A stretch of DNA of 63,823 nucleotides, the filler included, from Octopus bimaculoides (lineage: Eukaryota): NCBI RefSeq assembly GCF_001194135.2. It is 12 parts of 11 records of this genome, joined end to end, with 100 filler letters (N's around TTAATTAATTAA, not from the genome) between each part and the next. Parts side by side here need not be neighbours in the genome. Positions count along the whole stretch, not along the records: positions 61,720 to 63,823 come from NC_068991.1; 11 more parts are not named here. One strand, written 5' to 3'. Under the pieces are notes generated by a model, which was not told the DNA's origin, did not search any database, and saw only the letters and a program-made list of their open reading frames with translations. How positions within the stretch are numbered: position 1 is the first letter of the stretch; every line of letters begins with the position of its first letter. Below, piece after piece: positions 62,561-63,823 of this stretch. A program made the position numbers and the translations under genes.

Positions 62561-63821
62561 TACTGGCTCATCCTATAAATGATTCAGTTTTTTCAATTGC
62601 ATAATCCAGACCTCAGAGGGGAATGGGATAAACTATCTGCATCAACTTGCTATAAAAGCAGGCACCAATTTTACTCTGTTCTTATTCTTAGTGCAAGTTT
62701 TGAAAAGTGCAGTTCGTTTTCAACAGTCACGTTTTCAAAGCTATAATGGAATGGACAAAGGAAAAGCATATTCGGCATATTATGCTTTATGAGTTCAATA
62801 AAGGCAACAACGCAACGGAAAGGGCAAAGAATATCAATGCAATATATGGGGATCGGACAATAAGAGTGAGCCAGTGGCATCTGTGTCTCCACAAATTCCG
62901 AGCCGGAAAGTACATCCTAGAAGACGAGCCTCGTCCTGGAAGATCTGTAGAGCTGGACGAGGACATCCTGCAAATCCTGGTGTAACAAAATCTTATCGTA
63001 ACTGTTGAGAAACTTGCAAAGAAGATCGGTCATTTAATCACATTCATCGTCACCTACGTGCCATCGGAAAAGTCAGTAAATTGGGTCAGTGGGTTCCTCA
63101 CAAGCTCTCCGAGTCTAATCGGGTGCAGAGAGTTAATGTGTGCTCTTCCTTGCTGTCACGTCTCACGAAGGAATCTTTTTTGGGCCGCTTTTTGGACTGG
63201 TGACGATAAATGGGTTCTCTGTAAAAATGTCAAGGGCCGAAGGGAGTGGTTAAGGAAAGGAGAAACACCGGCATCCTAGGCTTAAGAAGTTCTTCACCCA
63301 CGTAAGGTGTTGTTATGAAAGGTTTAGTCCACTTTGAACTTTTAAACCCAAGCCAAACGTTAAAAAAGGAGATCTACTTGAGCAGCTTGAGCGACATAAG
63401 TCAGTGCTAGAAGAAAAACGACCATTTTACGTTCCAAGACGAAAGGTGTTCTTCCATCAGGATAATGCTCAGCAAAAGACAGCGTGGAGGACATTCCAAA
63501 GGCTGGAGCCTTTCTAAAGTGAAACGTTGCCGGATCCACCACATTCTCCGGACAATGTCCCATCTGAGTATCATATATTTCGCAGTCTTCAAAATCACTT
63601 GGATGGAAGAAAAATGAATTTTGTAGAGGTCAGCACAGTACTGAAGGAGTATTTTTCATCAAGTACAAGTGTATTTTGGAAGAAGGGCTTTGCAAGTCTT
63701 CCGGATAGATGGAAGAGGATTGTGGAAAATGAAGGAGAGTATATTCCTTTGATTAAAAAAGAACTTTGTTTATCTTAATTTTGAAAAATAAAAATTCCAT
63801 TATCTATGGGATGACTCAATA
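62561..63821 (+). mobile_element. Full-length (1261 bp) mariner transposon with pseudogenised transposase (ATG 62746)
   Basis: MEWTKEKHIRHIMLYEFNKGNNAT HTH, WVPHKL, TGDDKW, FHQDNA, HSPDNVPSEYHIFRSL; degenerate TIRs (23/31 match); TA at 62559-62560 and 63822-63823. Confidence 0.92.
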
Positions 63822-63823
63822 TA

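Noticed and set aside
1-63823. CRISPR array, rRNA, or prokaryotic/viral operon
   Set aside because: No regularly spaced repeat-spacer array, no rRNA-like sequence and no gene-dense segment; the TTAATTAATTAA repeats are scaffold linkers

Overview
AT-rich, microsatellite-dense animal genomic DNA, most likely Octopus (inferred from the SINE families and repeat style). Roughly a tenth of the window is N, and it includes eleven synthetic 100-bp linkers (44N-TTAATTAATTAA-44N). I cannot confidently identify any host protein-coding gene, and most long ORFs in the track are microsatellite or N read-throughs. The window is mainly transposable-element debris. SINEs: at least four tRNA-derived families, one young and with target-site duplications. 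LINEs: fragments of restriction-like-endonuclease (R4/Dong-type) and RTE elements. DNA transposons: a full-length decayed mariner, a Tc1 fragment, an internally deleted DD37D (maT) element, MITE/foldback elements and Helitron-like ends. The best finding is a Penelope-like palindromic locus at about 3.2-4.1 kb. It carries a structurally intact minimal type I hammerhead ribozyme (3254-3301, minus strand) and two more hammerhead-like motifs about 340 nt apart on the plus strand, a retrozyme-like layout. Further decayed hammerhead-like motifs lie at 17.9, 31.0, 31.4 and 57.8-59.3 kb. A few unique stretches with splice signals are flagged as unproven candidate exons. Coordinates of decayed repeats are approximate (about +/-20 bp).
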